Assembly (NCBI GenBank): GCA_964016885.1
Contig: OZ024741.1
Coordinates: 362,762,001 to 362,826,000 of the forward strand
Direction: 5' to 3'
DNA: 64,000 bases
Origin: Eledone cirrhosa
Taxonomy: Eukaryota
Under the pieces are notes generated by a model. It was not told the DNA's origin, did not search any database, and worked only from the letters and a program-made list of their open reading frames with translations. Within the stretch, counting starts at the first letter, position 1, and each line of letters starts with the position of its first letter. Both the position numbers and the translations under genes were made by a program. Positions 32,582 to 58,322 of the stretch are shown piece after piece.

Positions 32582-32647
32582 TATATGTATATATATATAT
32601 ATATATATGCATATATGTATATATATATGCATATATGTATATATATA

Positions 32648-32695
<48 letters not shown>

Positions 32696-32711
32696 TATAT
32701 GTATATATATA

Positions 32712-32783
<72 letters not shown>

Positions 32784-32861
32784 TATATGTATATATATAT
32801 ATATGCATATATGTATATATATATGTATATATATATATATGCATATATGTATATATATATG

Positions 32862-32898
<37 letters not shown>

Positions 32899-33078
32899 GC
32901 ATATATGTATGTATATATTATATATATATGCATATATGTATGTATATATATATATATATATGCATATATGTATGTATGTATATATATATATATATATATG
33001 CATATATGTATGTATATATATATATATATATATGCATATATGTATGTATATATATATATATATATATATGCATATATG

Positions 33079-33116
<38 letters not shown>

Positions 33117-33122
33117 TATATG

Positions 33123-33160
<38 letters not shown>

Positions 33161-33166
33161 TATATG

Positions 33167-33197
<31 letters not shown>

Positions 33198-33247
33198 GCA
33201 TATATGTATGTATATATTATATATATATATATATATATGCATATATG

Positions 33248-33287
<40 letters not shown>

Positions 33288-33602
33288 TATATGTATGTAT
33301 ATATATTATATATATATATATATATGCATATATGTATGTATATATATATATATATATATATGCATATATGTATGTATATGTATGTATATATATATATATA
33401 TATGCATATATGTATGTATATATATATATATATATATATATGCATATATGTATGTATATATATATATATATGCATATATGTATGTATATATATATATGTA
33501 TGTATGTATATATATATATATATATATGCATATATGTATGTATATATATATATGTATGTATGTATATATATATATATATATATATGCATATATGTATGTA
33601 TA

Positions 33603-33635
<33 letters not shown>

Positions 33636-33684
33636 ATATATATATATATATGCATATATGTTTGTATGTATATATGTATGTATG

Positions 33685-33720
<36 letters not shown>

Positions 33721-33798
33721 TGTATGTATGTATATATATATGTATGTATGTATGTATATATATATATATATATATATGCATATATGTATGTATGTATG

Positions 33799-33848
<50 letters not shown>

Positions 33849-33946
33849 TGTATGTATGTATGTATATATATATATGTATGTATGTATGTATATATATATA
33901 TGTATGTATGTATGTATATATATATATATATATGCATGTATGTATG

Positions 33947-33982
<36 letters not shown>

Positions 33983-34898
33983 TATGCATGTATGTATGTA
34001 TATATATATATATATATATATGCATGTATGTATGTATATATATATATATATATATATATGCATGTATGTATATATATATATATATATGCATGTATGTATA
34101 TATATATATATATGCATGTATGTATATATATATATATATGCATGTATGTATATATATATATATATGCATGTATGTATATATATATATATATATATGCATG
34201 TATGTATATATATATATATATATGCATGTATGTATATATATATATATATATGCATGTATGTATATATATATATATATATGCATGTATATATATATATGCA
34301 TGTATGTATATATATATATATATATATATGCATGTATATATATATATATATATATATGCATGTATGTATATATATATATATATATGTATGTATATATATA
34401 TATATATATATATGCATGTATGTATATATATATATATATATGCATGTATGTATATATATATATATATGCATGTATGTATATATATATATATATGTATGTA
34501 TATATATATATATATGCATGTATGTATATATATATATATATGCATGTATGTATATATATATATATGCATGTATGTATATATATATATATATATATGCATG
34601 TATGTATATATATATATATATATATATGCATGTATGTATATATATATATATATATATATGCATGTATGTATATATATATATATATATGCATGCATGTATG
34701 TATATATATATATATATATGCATGTATGTATATATATATATATATATATATATGCATGTATGTATATATATGTATGCATGTATGTATATATATATATATA
34801 TATATATATGCATGTATGTATATATATATATATATATGCATGTATGTATATATATATATATATATATGCATGTATGTATATATATATATATATGTATG

Positions 34899-34929
<31 letters not shown>

Positions 34930-35012
34930 GCATGTATGTATATATATATATATATATATATACATATGCATCTATGTATGTATGTATATATATATATATA
35001 TATGCATGTATG

Positions 35013-35043
<31 letters not shown>
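30818..35043. repeat. (TA)n/(TATG)n/(TATGCA)n microsatellite with a short RTE-motif island at 31858-31935
   Basis: The island carries ggtgttaggaagggcatcca. Confidence 0.95.
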
Positions 35044-35166
35044 GAAGATAGACATAGAATATTCGAAAATATTCTGTATGTTTATAATAAACATTTTGAA
35101 GACCTAATCGCTATAGAATAGAATACGTCACGTATTACAATTAGATTCTCGATAAAAGCAAGGGAA

Positions 35167-35209
35167 GTAACCTACGCGTTTCATTCTTATTAGAAATCTT
35201 CAGGATTAC
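35167..35209 (-). ncRNA. Minimal type I hammerhead ribozyme, family B
   Basis: Reverse complement of GTAATC CTGAAGA TTTCT aata AGAAT GAAAC GC GTA^GGTTAC. Confidence 0.85.
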
Positions 35210-35476
35210 ATATCCAGTGCTTTTATCGAGAATGACACAGCTAGAGACTTATAGAATACTTAGCTGTGTACAGGAACTGGTTTGAAAGAGCGGTTGCCGG
35301 TCCGGCAGAAATTAGAAATTGGATTAAATGGTCTGAAATAGCGATATATATGTGAAGATAGACATAGAATATTCGAAAATATTCTGTATGTTTATAATAA
35401 ACATTTTGAAGACCTAATCGCTATAGAATAGAATACGTCACGTATTACAATTAGATTCTCGATAAAAGCAAGGGAA

Positions 35477-35519
35477 GTAACCTACGCGTTTCATTCTTAT
35501 TAGAAATCTTCAGGATTAC
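35477..35519 (-). ncRNA. Hammerhead ribozyme, family B
   Basis: Same motif at +310. Abuts the inversion junction. Confidence 0.85.
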
Positions 35520-35734
35520 ATAGCGATTAGGTCTTCAAAATGTTTATTATAAACATACAGAATATTTTCGAATATTCTATGTCTATCTTCACATATATAT
35601 CGCTATTTCAGAGCATTTAATCCAATTTCTAATTTCTGCCGGACCGGCAACCGCTCTTTTAAACCAGTTCCTGTACACAGCTAAGTATTCTATAAGTCTC
35701 TAGCTGTGTCATTCTCGATAAAAGCACTGGATAT

Positions 35735-35777
35735 GTAATCCTGAAGATTTCTAATAAGAATGAAACGCGTAGGTTAC
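35735..35777 (+). ncRNA. Hammerhead ribozyme, family B
   Basis: GTAATC CTGAAGA TTTCTAATAAGAAT GAAACGCGTA GGTTAC. Palindromic stem III (ACGCGT), GUA triplet. Enclosed by the inverted repeat attctcgataaaagca/tgcttttatcgagaat. Confidence 0.88.
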
Positions 35778-36066
35778 TTCCCTTGCTTTTATCGAGAATC
35801 TAATTGTAATACGTGACGTATTCTATTCTATAGCGATTAGGTCTTCAAAATGTTTATTATAAACATACAGAATATTTTCGAATATTCTATGTCTATCTTC
35901 ACATATATATCGCTATTTCAGAGCATTTAATCCAATTTCTAATTTCTGCCGGACCGGCAACCGCTCTTTCAAACCAGTTCCTGTACACAGCTAAACCAGT
36001 TCCTGTACACAGCTAAGTATTCTATAAGTCTCTAGCTGTGTCATTCTCGATAAAAGCACTGGATAT

Positions 36067-36109
36067 GTAATCCTGAAGATTTCTAATAAGAATGAAACGC
36101 GTAGGTTAC
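36067..36109 (+). ncRNA. Hammerhead ribozyme, family B
   Basis: Identical motif. Confidence 0.88.
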
Positions 36110-36268
36110 TTCCCTTGCTTTTATCGAGAATCTAATTGTAATACGTGACGTATTCTATTCTATAGCGATTAGGTCTTCAAAATGTTTATTATAAACATAC
36201 AGAATATTTTCGAATATTCTATGTCTATCTTCACATATATATCGCTATTTCAGAGCATTTAATCCAAT

Positions 36269-39134
<2,866 letters not shown>

Positions 39135-39862
39135 TGGCATAGCAGCATCATCGTTAACTTAAAGGAGACGCCCTAGATAGGAGTAACTATAGAGGCATTA
39201 AATTAATCGACCAGGTCATGAAGGTCACGGAAAAAGTAATAGCGCAACTAATCAGAGAGAGAATTGATCTAGATGAAATGCAGTTCGGGTTTGTGTCAGG
39301 CAAAAGCACCACAGACGCTCTTTTCATAGTACGACAACTACAGGAGAAGTACCTAGCTAAAGGTAAACCCCTCTACTTAGCTTTTGTCGACCTGGAGAAA
39401 GCCTTCGACAGAGTCCCCCGCTCCATTATCTGGTGGGCTCTTAGAAAACTAGGCGTTGACGAATGGCTTGTGAGGGCTATACAAGCCATGTATAAAGAAA
39501 CAGTCAGCAAGGTTAGAATTAACAACGAATATAGTGAAGAGTTTAGCGTAAAAGTTGGCGTCCATCAGGGCTCTGTTCTCAGCCCCCTACTATTTATTAT
39601 TGCCCTTCAGGCTATAACAGAGGAGTTCAAGACAGGCTGCCCATGGGAACTCCTATACGCAGACGACCTGACACTCATAGCGGAATCAATGGCCGAGCTA
39701 GAGAAGAAATTCCAAACATGGAAGCACGGCCTAGAGTCAAAAGGACTTAAAATTAACCTGGCTAAGACCAAAGTTCTAGTTTGTAGGAAAGAAAACAAGG
39801 CGGCGGTCCCTTCTGGGAAATGGTCGTGCTCGGTATGTAGGAAAGGCGTAGGTAGAAACTCC
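39135..39862 (+). pseudogene. Internal RTE RT fragment
   Basis: [30 protein letters not shown]. Breaks off inside the PHD-like finger. Confidence 0.9.
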
Positions 39863-39937
39863 AGTAAACCTCTTCAAATGAAGTTGATGTTTATTACGGT
39901 ATGTCGAATATATTTATCTATAAAACTGTTTATATTG

Positions 39938-40003
39938 TATTTTGTCTGATGAAGGCATAGCATATTGTTAATATGATATCCCCGAAATATATATAATGAA
40001 ATA
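39938..40003 (+). ncRNA. Hammerhead-like ribozyme, family C (diverged copy) in a ~180-bp fragment homologous to 54310-54480
   Basis: TATTTTGT CTGATGA [stem II with catatt/aatatg] GAAA TATATATA^ATGAAATA. Confidence 0.55.
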
Positions 40004-40041
40004 AATATGGTTTTATAAATATAGTTTTCCATTTATTTAAT

Positions 40042-40043
<2 letters not shown>

Positions 40044-40124
<81 letters not shown>

Positions 40125-40159
40125 ATATATATATATATATATATATGCATATATATATA

Positions 40160-40195
<36 letters not shown>

Positions 40196-40239
40196 TATAT
40201 ATATATATATATATATGCATATATATATATATATATATA

Positions 40240-40275
<36 letters not shown>

Positions 40276-40466
40276 TATATATATATGCATATATATATAT
40301 ATATATATATGCATATATATATATATATATGCATATATATATATATATATATATATATGCATATATATATATATATATGCATATATATATATATATATGC
40401 ATATATATATATATATATATGCATATATATATATATATATATATATGATGCATATATATATATATA

Positions 40467-40540
<74 letters not shown>

Positions 40541-40602
40541 TATATATATATATATATGCATATATATATGCATATATATATGCATATATATATATATATA
40601 TA

Positions 40603-40636
<34 letters not shown>

Positions 40637-40760
40637 TATATATATATATATGCATATATATATATATATATATATATATGCATATATATATATATATGCA
40701 TATATATATATATATGCATATATATATATATATATATATATGCATATATATATATATATA

Positions 40761-40842
<82 letters not shown>

Positions 40843-40876
40843 TATATATATATATATGCATATATATATATATATA

Positions 40877-40912
<36 letters not shown>

Positions 40913-41027
40913 TATATATATATATATATATATATATGCATATATATATATATATATATGATATATATATATATATATATATATATGCATATATATATAT
41001 ATATATATGCATATATATATATATATA

Positions 41028-41068
<41 letters not shown>
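40044..41068. repeat. (TA)nTGCA microsatellite
   Basis: Directly visible. Confidence 0.97.
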
Positions 41069-41268
41069 NNNNNNNNNNNNNNNNNNNNNNNNNNNNNNNN
41101 NNNNNNNNNNNNNNNNNNNNNNNNNNNNNNNNNNNNNNNNNNNNNNNNNNNNNNNNNNNNNNNNNNNNNNNNNNNNNNNNNNNNNNNNNNNNNNNNNNNN
41201 NNNNNNNNNNNNNNNNNNNNNNNNNNNNNNNNNNNNNNNNNNNNNNNNNNNNNNNNNNNNNNNNNNNN
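41069..41268. other. Assembly gap (200 N)
   Basis: Run of n. Confidence 1.
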
Positions 41269-43061
41269 CCATGTTTGGAATTTCTTCTCTAGCTCGGCCA
41301 TTGATTCCGCTATGAGTGTCAGGTCGTCTGCGTATAGGAGTTCCCATGGCAGCCTGTCTTGAACTCCTCTGTTATGGCCTGAAGGGCAATAATAAATAGT
41401 AGTGACTGAGAACAGAGCCCTGATGGACGCCGACTTTTACGCTAAACTCTTCACTATATTCGTTGTTAATTCTAACCTTGCTGACTGTTTCTTTATACAT
41501 GGCTTGTATAGCCCTCACAAGCCATCGTCAACGCCTAGTTTTCTAAGAGCCCACCAGATAATGGAGCGGGGGACTCTGTCGAAGGCTTTCTCCAAGTCGA
41601 CAAAAGCTAAGTAGAGGGGTTTACCTTTAGCTAGGTACTTCTCTTGTAGTTGTCGTACTATGAAAAGAGCGTCTGTGGTACTTTTGCCTGACACAAACCC
41701 GAACTGCATTTCATCTAGGTCAATTCTCTCTCTGATTAGGTTGCGCTATTACTCTTTCCGTGACCTTCATGACCTGGTCGATTAATTTAATGCCTCTATA
41801 GTTACTCCTATCTAGGGCGTCTCCTTTACCCTTATAACGGTTAACGATGATGCTGCTATGCCAGTCCTTCGGAACAACCCCGTTCTGTACGACTTGGTTA
41901 ACTATGCGGGTGACCATGGTGTGTCCCACCGTGCCAGATGCCTTCAGCATCTCAGCAACTATTTCCGAAGGCCCAGCCGCCTTACCAGTCTTCATATCCT
42001 TGATTGCCTTACTTATTATACTCCCCTCGACTAACACTGCTGGTCCCTCTATTGGGTCGATATGGGGAGACTGCCTTTCTCCCAATTATTCTCCTCATTT
42101 AGAAGCCTTTCATAGTGACACTTCCAAGCTACCTTCTTATCAGCGTCGGTGATGGCAAGTGTGCCATCGTCGTTTAGTACACACTTCTCCCCGACAATAT
42201 CACGGTTTTCCTTGACGCATTGCCTAGCAATCCTGAACACCTCACGTTTTTGGTCATCGCGTTGTAGAACATGCTTGAACTTTCTTTCCTCAGCTTCCCT
42301 TCTTGCTAGGTACACTTGTCTCCTAGCTTCCCTCCTGGCCACTTGATAGTCCTCTCTACTTCCCCCATCCCGCCATACTTTCCAAGCCTGCTTTTTGGCC
42401 TTAATTGACCCCTCCACCTTACTGTTCCACCACCATGTTACTCTCCTCCTGCCTACAGGCCTGCTCCAGCCACAGACCTCGTCTGTCGCCAACAGCAGGT
42501 TTGCTTTCAGAAATTCCCACTCTCCCTCTATATTGTCCGACTCTAATGTTCTTCCTTACTGTCGAAAGCATCAAGTAATATGCTTTGAAATTTATTCCTG
42601 GCTGTGGGGTCCTTTAGCTTCCATATTTTCCTCCTGAGGATAGTCCTCTTCTGTTGTCGAGTACGTCTCGTCCTGACTATGAGGTCGCTAATTATCAGTC
42701 TATGTTGGGAGGTGCATTCTTCATGGGGGAGGGATTTAGTGTTAACAACAGACACTCTGTCACGTCTTCTGGTAAGGATATAATCTACCTGGCTTGTGTG
42801 TTCCCCGGATCTATAGGTGATCAGGTGATTGTCACGTTTTTTGAAGTTAGTGTTACAGATAGTTAGGTTATTTGCATCACAGAATTCCTAGGATTCTGGA
42901 GCCTTCCTCATTTCTAGTACCAAACCCATAGCCTCCATGGATTTCGTCGTATCCGTCACAATGTGGTCCAACGTGACCATTTAGGTCGCCTGCGATAATT
43001 ATATAGTCACTGTCGGATATTTGGGAGGTAGTTAGCATCAGTGTCTCATAGAATCTGTCTT
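41269..43061 (-). pseudogene. Frameshifted RTE LINE fragment (part of APE + RT) running into the gap
   Basis: [41 protein letters not shown] and YADD split over several frames. Confidence 0.9.
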
Positions 43062-53442
<10,381 letters not shown>

Positions 53443-54368
53443 GTATTAATTATACTATTTATGGTTATGTAAATACAAAAACCTTTTGCAGTTATATATA
53501 TTTTATATAAACCCTAAATAGTGGTAGACAGTAATATATTACTACATTATTACCAGTAAGTTAAATAGCTCAATGTAAAAACATCAGATGATTTACAGAG
53601 CAGTTATATGAATTATAAGAATCAAAGAACTGTTCAAAACATTTTTATGCTTACAACTGTTTCCTCCAAACCGAGGTTTGGATTCTTTGGAGCAATTTAT
53701 TATTGAATGAACACTTATATGACCTCCTTTTCACCCAAGAGACATACAGATACATATGCAAATATTGTGGGTCAAAATTCATTATAGCATTTAGAGTGGC
53801 AGTACACACTTAGAGATTACATTCATATTAAAAGATACAATCAAAGATACAGGTTAAAATACAACATGAAATTAAGTGGTTATATAGTGCAAAGGTTATA
53901 TGTGTGGCAAGCATGTGCGTCTTGTTTATATAGTGTGGCAGAGAGTTACGTGTAGTAGAAGCACTTAAGCAGGTAATCGAGAATGTTAAGGTGGTTGATT
54001 TGGTGATGAATTCTTTATATGATTGTTATTGTCTGTGTGTGGAGAAATAATATAAGTATTAAAAATATTGGAAATGCGCAGCGAAGCGATGATATGGATT
54101 TCATGCACTTCGACATTTTCATAGTCTGTGGTGCGTATTTTTCTGATTATATGCCCCTCACATAATCCACGACGATTCGATATTGGGCGTTTGACAATCC
54201 AGTTAGAGAATCGTAGTCTGATGTTCTTTAGCTCACCTCCACAATTGTCCTTAACACTAAGACTTATTAAAATAATATAAACAATTCACTATCCAGATGG
54301 CTTCCAAAAATAACGGTTGCATTTTAAAAGGGTACGTCAAAGCTTATTTGTAAAACTGTTATATATTG

Positions 54369-54433
54369 TATTTTGTCTGATGAAGGCATACCATAATTTA
54401 ATTTGGTATCCCTGAAATATGTATAATGAAATA
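54369..54433 (+). ncRNA. Hammerhead ribozyme, family C
   Basis: TATTTTGT CTGATGA AGG c ATACCA..TGGTAT c CCT GAAA TATGTATA^ATGAAATA. Confidence 0.7.
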
Positions 54434-54629
54434 AATATGGTTTTATAAATATAGTTTCCATTTATTAATATCGTATATCTACTCCAAATACTTGTCGAGT
54501 GCTTTATATCAGTTATAAAAATATTTACTTGTTGTATCCCAACAATTTTAAATAGAACTTTTGCATATACATATATATACATGTATATACGATATTAACA
54601 AATGGAAACTATATTTATAAAACCATATT

Positions 54630-54694
54630 TATTTCATTATACATATTTCAAGGACACCAAGTTAAATTATGGTGTGCTTTCATCAGATAAAATA
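54630..54694 (-). ncRNA. Hammerhead ribozyme, family C
   Basis: Reverse complement of the 54836-54900 copy. Confidence 0.7.
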
Positions 54695-54835
54695 TAATAT
54701 AGAGCAGTTTTATAAATAAATATTGACATACCCTTAAAGAATGCAACCATTACTGTTGGAAGCTCCCGGATAGTCAGTAATGGTTGCATTCTTTAAGGGT
54801 ATGTCAATATTTATTTATAAAACTGCTCTATATTA

Positions 54836-54900
54836 TATTTTATCTGATGAAAGCACACCATAATTTAACTTGGTGTCCTTGAAATATGTATAATGAAATA
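54836..54900 (+). ncRNA. Hammerhead ribozyme, family C
   Basis: TATTTTAT CTGATGA AAG c ACACCA..TGGTGT c CTT GAAA TATGTATA^ATGAAATA. Confidence 0.7.
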
Positions 54901-55070
54901 AATATGGTTTTATAAATATAGTTTCCATTTGTTAATATCGTATTTTTACTCCAATTATTTGTTGAGTGCTTTATATCAGTTACAAAAATATTTGCTTGTT
55001 GTATCCCAACAATTTAAATTGAACTTTCACATATATGTATATATATATATATATGTATGTATACATGTGA

Positions 55071-55413
55071 AGGTGCATGGCTTAGTGGTTAGAGCATTGG
55101 GCTTGCAATCGAAAGGTTGTGAGTTCAATTTTCGGACCAGGTGATGTGTTGTTTCCTTGAGCAAGACACTTTATTTCACGTTGCTCCAGTTTACTCAGCT
55201 GTAGAAAGGAGTTGCGATGTCACTGGTGCCAAGCTGTATCGGCCATTGCCTTTCCCTTGGACCTCATCGGTGGCATGGAGAGGGGAGACTGGTATGCATG
55301 GGCGACTATTGGTCTTCCACAAACAACCTTGCCTGGACTTGTGCCTTTGAGGAAAACTTTCTAGGTGCAAATCCCATGGTCATTTGTGACCGAAGGGGGT
55401 CTTTACCCTTTTT
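55071..55413 (+). mobile_element. tRNA-derived SINE with CORE-like domain
   Basis: A box tggcttagtgg, B-box-like gagttcaatt, CORE-like ccttgagcaagacacttt...tgctccag. Confidence 0.75.
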
Positions 55414-55449
55414 ATACATGTGTATATGTATGTATACATGTGTATATAT

Positions 55450-55790
55450 ATCATCATCCTTTTCATCAGTTTACACCTGCTTTTCCCTGCTTGCAAGGGT
55501 GGGACGGGAACTGATTCTGGCTTGATTTCTACAGCTGGATGCCCTTCCTAACCCCAACCTCATTTACAGTGAGTGCTGGGTGCTTTTTTTGCCGTGGCAC
55601 CTCCACGTCCACTTTGCAGTGGAATGATAGGAACCCCAGTCCCTATCATCTCATTTCTACAGCTGAGTAAACTGGAGCAATGTGAAATAAAGTGTCTTGC
55701 TCAAGGAAACAACACATCACCCGGTCTGAGAATTGAACTCCTAGCTTTTCGATTGCAAGGCCAATGCTCTAATCACTGAGCCATGTGCCT
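55450..55790 (-). mobile_element. tRNA/CORE-like SINE with RTE-derived tail
   Basis: Same head as 55071 but inverted. Tail contains ggaagggcatccagctgtagaaa and cccgtcccacccttgcaagcagggaaaagc, the latter matching 53033-53062. Confidence 0.8.
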
Positions 55791-55832
55791 CCACATGTAT
55801 ATATATGTATGTATACATGTGTATATATATTT

Positions 55833-56441
55833 GTCAGGTCACCAGTTGGTGCTACTGGTAACATGTATCCCAGTACAACCTGTCCCATGGTCGGGTCGTT
55901 GGCGACTAAACTGGCAACCCCACGAAGGTTTCTTGGTGAGGAGGGTGACTTTGGACATCCTGCAGGACTAAAAAAAATACCTGTCAAAGGGCAAAGGTGC
56001 TCTTAAGAGTCAATGGCCATCCAAAATCATCGGGAGAGATGACCCCTTAGCATTTGTCAAGGCAGAATTCTAGGAGAAGGAAAACTCTGATATAACACCT
56101 GCAACCCTGATGGTATCTGATGATGTTGACTTGTTCTTCTTTTTGGTAAATATCATCTTGGTTAAGAGAGTGGGACTAGCTTTGTGCAGTGCCTTTGCTC
56201 ACTATAAAAGCTTCACGGCACAGACATTGCTTTATATCTGGAGATCTCTCTGCACTTGTCATCACATGGTACCATGGGCCCAGCACTATGTGTCAATAAT
56301 TGTCACAAGTGTAGTGTTTGTACCAGAGTTTTCAAGTCACTGGCTGGACTAAAAAGTCACACTTGTTCAGCGCATCGGTAGGGGTTCTTCTACATGGATA
56401 TAAAGTAGTGGCCGTACTCGAAAACGAGTTGGTAGCCACCA
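55833..56441 (+). mobile_element. ~610-bp non-autonomous RTE-like element, copy 3
   Basis: Homologous end to end with 25252-25860. Confidence 0.65.
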
Positions 56442-57106
56442 TATATGTATGTATACATATGTGTATGTATATATATATATATATATGTATGTATACATGT
56501 GTGTATCTATACATGCATATGTGTATGTATATATATATATATATGTATGTATACATGTGTGTATCTATACATGCATATGTGTATGTATATATATATATAT
56601 ATGTATGTATACATGTGTGTATCTATACATGCATATGTGTATGTATATATATATATATATGTGTATGTATATATATATATATGTATGTATACATGTGTGT
56701 ATCTATACATGCATGTGTGTATATATATATGTATCTATACATGCATGTGTGTATATATATATATGTATATGTATACATGTGTATATATGTATGTATGTAT
56801 GTATATGTATGTATACATGTGTATGTATATATATGTATACATGTGTGTATCTATACATGCATGTGTGTGTATATATATATATATAGACACACACACATGT
56901 ATATATATATATAGACACACACACATGTATACATATATATGTATATGCATACATGTGTATATATATATATGTATACATGTGTATGTGTCTATATATATAT
57001 GTATACATGTGTGTGTGTCTATATATATATGTATACATGTGTGTGTGTATATGTGTATATAATATATATATATACATATATATGTGTGTGTGTGTGTGTG
57101 TATATA

Positions 57107-57138
<32 letters not shown>

Positions 57139-57223
57139 TATGTATACGTATGTATATGTGTATGTATGTATACGTATGTGTATGTATACATACGTATGTA
57201 TATATGTATACATACATATATAT
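56442..57223. repeat. Compound TA/TG microsatellite with ~60-bp higher-order units
   Basis: Recurrent gtatacatgtgtgtatctatacatgcat. Confidence 0.9.
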
Positions 57224-57320
57224 CGCCTGGTAAATCATGTACTGAATTAGATACCAGTTTGATGATTGAAAAATGTGGTACTTTTACATGAATATATTAT
57301 TATCAGAAATAATTTTTATA

Positions 57321-57603
57321 TCATTTGTAACATGATATCTTTCTATTGTCAGAATTTATCGTGATTCATAATTTTACTTATGTCATGCTTTCGCCCTTAG
57401 TACTTACAGTTTGATGTCTGCTACTTATTTTGTCAATTTCCTTCTTGATGAACTGTTATGTTCATTTGTAGCATGATATCTTCCTATTGTCAGAATTTAT
57501 TGCAATTTATAATTTTGGCTTATGTCATGTTCTCGCCCTTAGTACTTACATTTTGATGTCTGCTACTTATTTTGTCAATTTCCTTTTTGATGAACTGTTA
57601 TGT
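57321..57603. repeat. Diverged tandem duplication, 2 x ~141 bp
   Basis: tcatttgta...gaactgttatgt occurs twice (57321 and 57462). Confidence 0.85.
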
Positions 57604-57963
57604 TACAGGATATTAACACAGATGCACGCATGCATGGTGGCTGTTATTTCTAGTAAATTGAATCAGCCATGTGGAGGCTTATGTTTTGATGTTTCTGTGT
57701 GACTTTGTGTCTGCCTGCTGTTCTAGCAGGTTGAATCAATCATTATGTTGTCTCTTTTGTGAAGGTACTGCGATGTTTGTGTGTGTAATGGCCGCTTGTA
57801 ATGCTGGCATCTAAATTGATTTATATAATAAAAATACATTCTTGAGTTGTAAGAAATATAGTGCATGAAATTTAGTGCAAAATCAAAACATTTTTTATGT
57901 AGTATTGATTGTTTCACCTAGAATGAAGTCACATACAAAAAGAGAATTTTAGTCATCATTGTT

Positions 57964-57994
<31 letters not shown>

Positions 57995-58094
57995 CATGTC
58001 CATTTTCCATGCTTCTATGAGTTGGACTAGTTGCCTTATGAGGCTAGTGAAACCAGGTAACCACATCTGCTAAAGTGAAACAATAGTGTGAGTA

Positions 58095-58322
58095 TTGGAC
58101 TCCACCAATACAGCTGTCACTTCTGTTTATAATCTTCATGAATGAGATTGATGTGTGCAGCTGTGTTGGAAGAGGTATCAAGACCATCGAATGTGGGATT
58201 AATTGGATTGAATTTGCAGATGACATGGTATTACTTAACTCGGAAGTTTATTTCTGACATGCACTAAATAGGTTTACTGCCGAGTGCTGCATGGCAGGAA
58301 TGAAAATCAGTGCTATGGAGAT
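58095..58322 (+). pseudogene. Old RTE (Rex3/Expander-like) RT fragment
   Basis: Manual translation: LLFIIFMNEID...IEFADDMVLL, then after a frameshift HALNRFTAECCMAGMKIS. Confidence 0.7.

Larger units (their letters stand above)
35044..36268. mobile_element. 310-bp-unit hammerhead repeat: ~1.5 units with minus-strand HHRs joined to ~2.4 inverted units (Penelope-like/retrozyme)
   Basis: Period 310 (one unit is 332 because of a 22-bp duplication). Orientation switches at ~35520. Four HHR cores. Confidence 0.85.
54289..55030. mobile_element. Family C hammerhead repeat cluster (+,-,+), including a ~169-bp inverted repeat 54587-54755 / 54775-54943; Penelope pLTR-like
   Basis: Three homologous copies, each with a CTGATGA...GAAA core. 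Head-to-head inversion with a 19-nt spacer. Confidence 0.75.

Noticed and set aside
53950-54290. Possible GIY-YIG endonuclease remnant upstream of the family C repeats
   Set aside because: Cys/Tyr-rich but too degenerate to read a motif. Needs tBLASTn/HMM.
55071-55140. tRNA gene
   Set aside because: No full cloverleaf, and it continues into a CORE-like SINE body.
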